From Chrysomallon squamiferum (Eukaryota > Animalia > Mollusca), in assembly GCA_012295275.1 (NCBI GenBank), contig CM022669.1, positions 2,046,001 to 2,110,000 of the forward strand: DNA of 64,000 bases, in the 5' to 3' direction. The notes under the pieces were generated by a model. The model worked only from the letters and a program-made list of their open reading frames with translations, had not been told where the DNA came from and did not search any database. Positions within the stretch are counted from its first letter, which is position 1. Every line of letters starts with the position of its first letter. Both the position numbers and the translations under genes were made by a program. Positions 62,697 to 64,000 of the stretch are shown here, one piece after another.

Positions 62697-63841
62697 TATT
62701 TGTATGCGCATACAGTATTCTGATATTTTGAATTAAATAAATAAATCATTAAATTAATGTTAAACCGGTTCGATATTTTCAATTAATAACTAAATAAGAA
62801 GTGATCTCAATGTATATTTATTTCGTACTTTAATAGTAAAATTACAAAAAGAATAAATATATTCTATGAAATTATAAAATAAAAATCTCATTAACGTATA
62901 TTTTTAATCGTATATTTATATTCATTTTCATTTTAATAAAGATATTTAGAAAAAAAATTAATATATTCCTGTACATAATGAAAACCTTCATTTAAAAAAG
63001 TAAAAATTAAATACAAATGAAATGTCTGAACTTGTTATATTCTTCATCCGTAATCACTTGTTCCACAAATTCCAAGATAATTTTATACATAGACACATAA
63101 ATATAGCTTTAATTTATAAGTAATTCGTGCAGGTCTCAGTGTATAAAATAACTAAACTGATATGTGTATATACAGATATCTGAAAATAACTTTATCTGCT
63201 ACAGCTATGAATGACCACTGAAGAGAAAATTAATATAAATTTAGAAATCGTATTGCGGTAGATGTGGTTGTGGTTGTTTAAACATCCCTAATGATAATAA
63301 CGTGACGGATAAAAATAATTGCAAATAAAGTTTTTCTTGGACAGTTTTTAAAGCCACATAACCATAATAAAACAACTAACAGTATATTTAGATCATGCAT
63401 TAAAGTGTTGAATATTTATTCAATTCTTAGTAACATGCTTAATCAAATTAGTATAATGAATCTTCATGTTTACCTTTGTGTCTTTATTTCCAAGCTAATG
63501 TATATTGAATTAAACACTGAAGATATTCTTTACCTTTGTTAAAATCCTTTGAAATAGAAATGTAAAAACTAAACAGAATTCTACCAGTACTAATGAGCTT
63601 TATCAGTATATCAGTATTTAACAAAAGCAGATGTATTTTATTCCAGTTCCTTACATTCAAAATGATGATTAGTGAGGCAGTTTTTGTGAATATATGTTAA
63701 ACCAACATTAACTAGCAGAACTAAATTTAATTGATTATCTTTTAAATCTAAGTTCTAACCTATACAAATAGATATATGTGTGTATACATTCAGAACTTTA
63801 CATGTGAGAGCATCTTTGTTAATGTGCGTAGATTGTTTTAA

Positions 63842-64000
63842 TTAATAATCACAGTTTCTATCTCTGTGAATGTATTTGTGATCCATGCAGCCAGTGTACT
63901 CTTTCTTTGGCATAGGCACTCTTGCAGACACTTGGTGAGGAATGTAGTTATATCTGTACATCGAGTTGTCGTCAAAAGGAGCTTCTAATCTCCTGTATTG
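63842..64000 (-). CDS. 3' end of SAXO/FAM154-like paralog E (partial, runs off the right edge)
   Basis: The minus strand reads QYRRLEAPFDDNSMYRYNYIPHQVSARVPMPKKEYTGCMDHKYIHRDRNCDY*, which aligns without gaps to the C-terminus of paralog C (HYVRSDSPFDYRSIYKSNFIAHSVTPRKPLPKEEYTGCVDSKYIHRDKNCDYY*). It is absent from the ORF track. Confidence 0.85.
   Translation of the reverse strand, partial: QYRRLEAPFDDNSMYRYNYIPHQVSARVPMPKKEYTGCMDHKYIHRDRNCDY

Overview
AT-rich, microsatellite-dense, intron-containing animal DNA. It is probably a lophotrochozoan such as a mollusc, but the taxon cannot be proven from the sequence. Manual splice-aware reading supports nine protein-coding loci: two convergent VWA-domain genes (one cut by the left edge); a 14-exon cytosolic class 1/2 aldehyde dehydrogenase with intact catalytic residues; five SAXO/FAM154-like (Mn-motif, microtubule-inner-protein type) paralogs in alternating orientation (+,-,+,-, and a fifth cut by the right edge); and an 18-exon secreted DUF885-family gene lying inside that cluster. 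The largest SAXO-like gene encodes about 35 Mn-like motifs arranged as an exact 204-aa, six-motif super-repeat and has a 1-nt frameshift near its 3' end. Also present are two pogo/Tigger-type non-autonomous elements in introns, three GC-AG introns, several minisatellites and many simple repeats. Most short ORFs in the supplied track are microsatellite artefacts. All exon models are hand-derived and lack transcript support.
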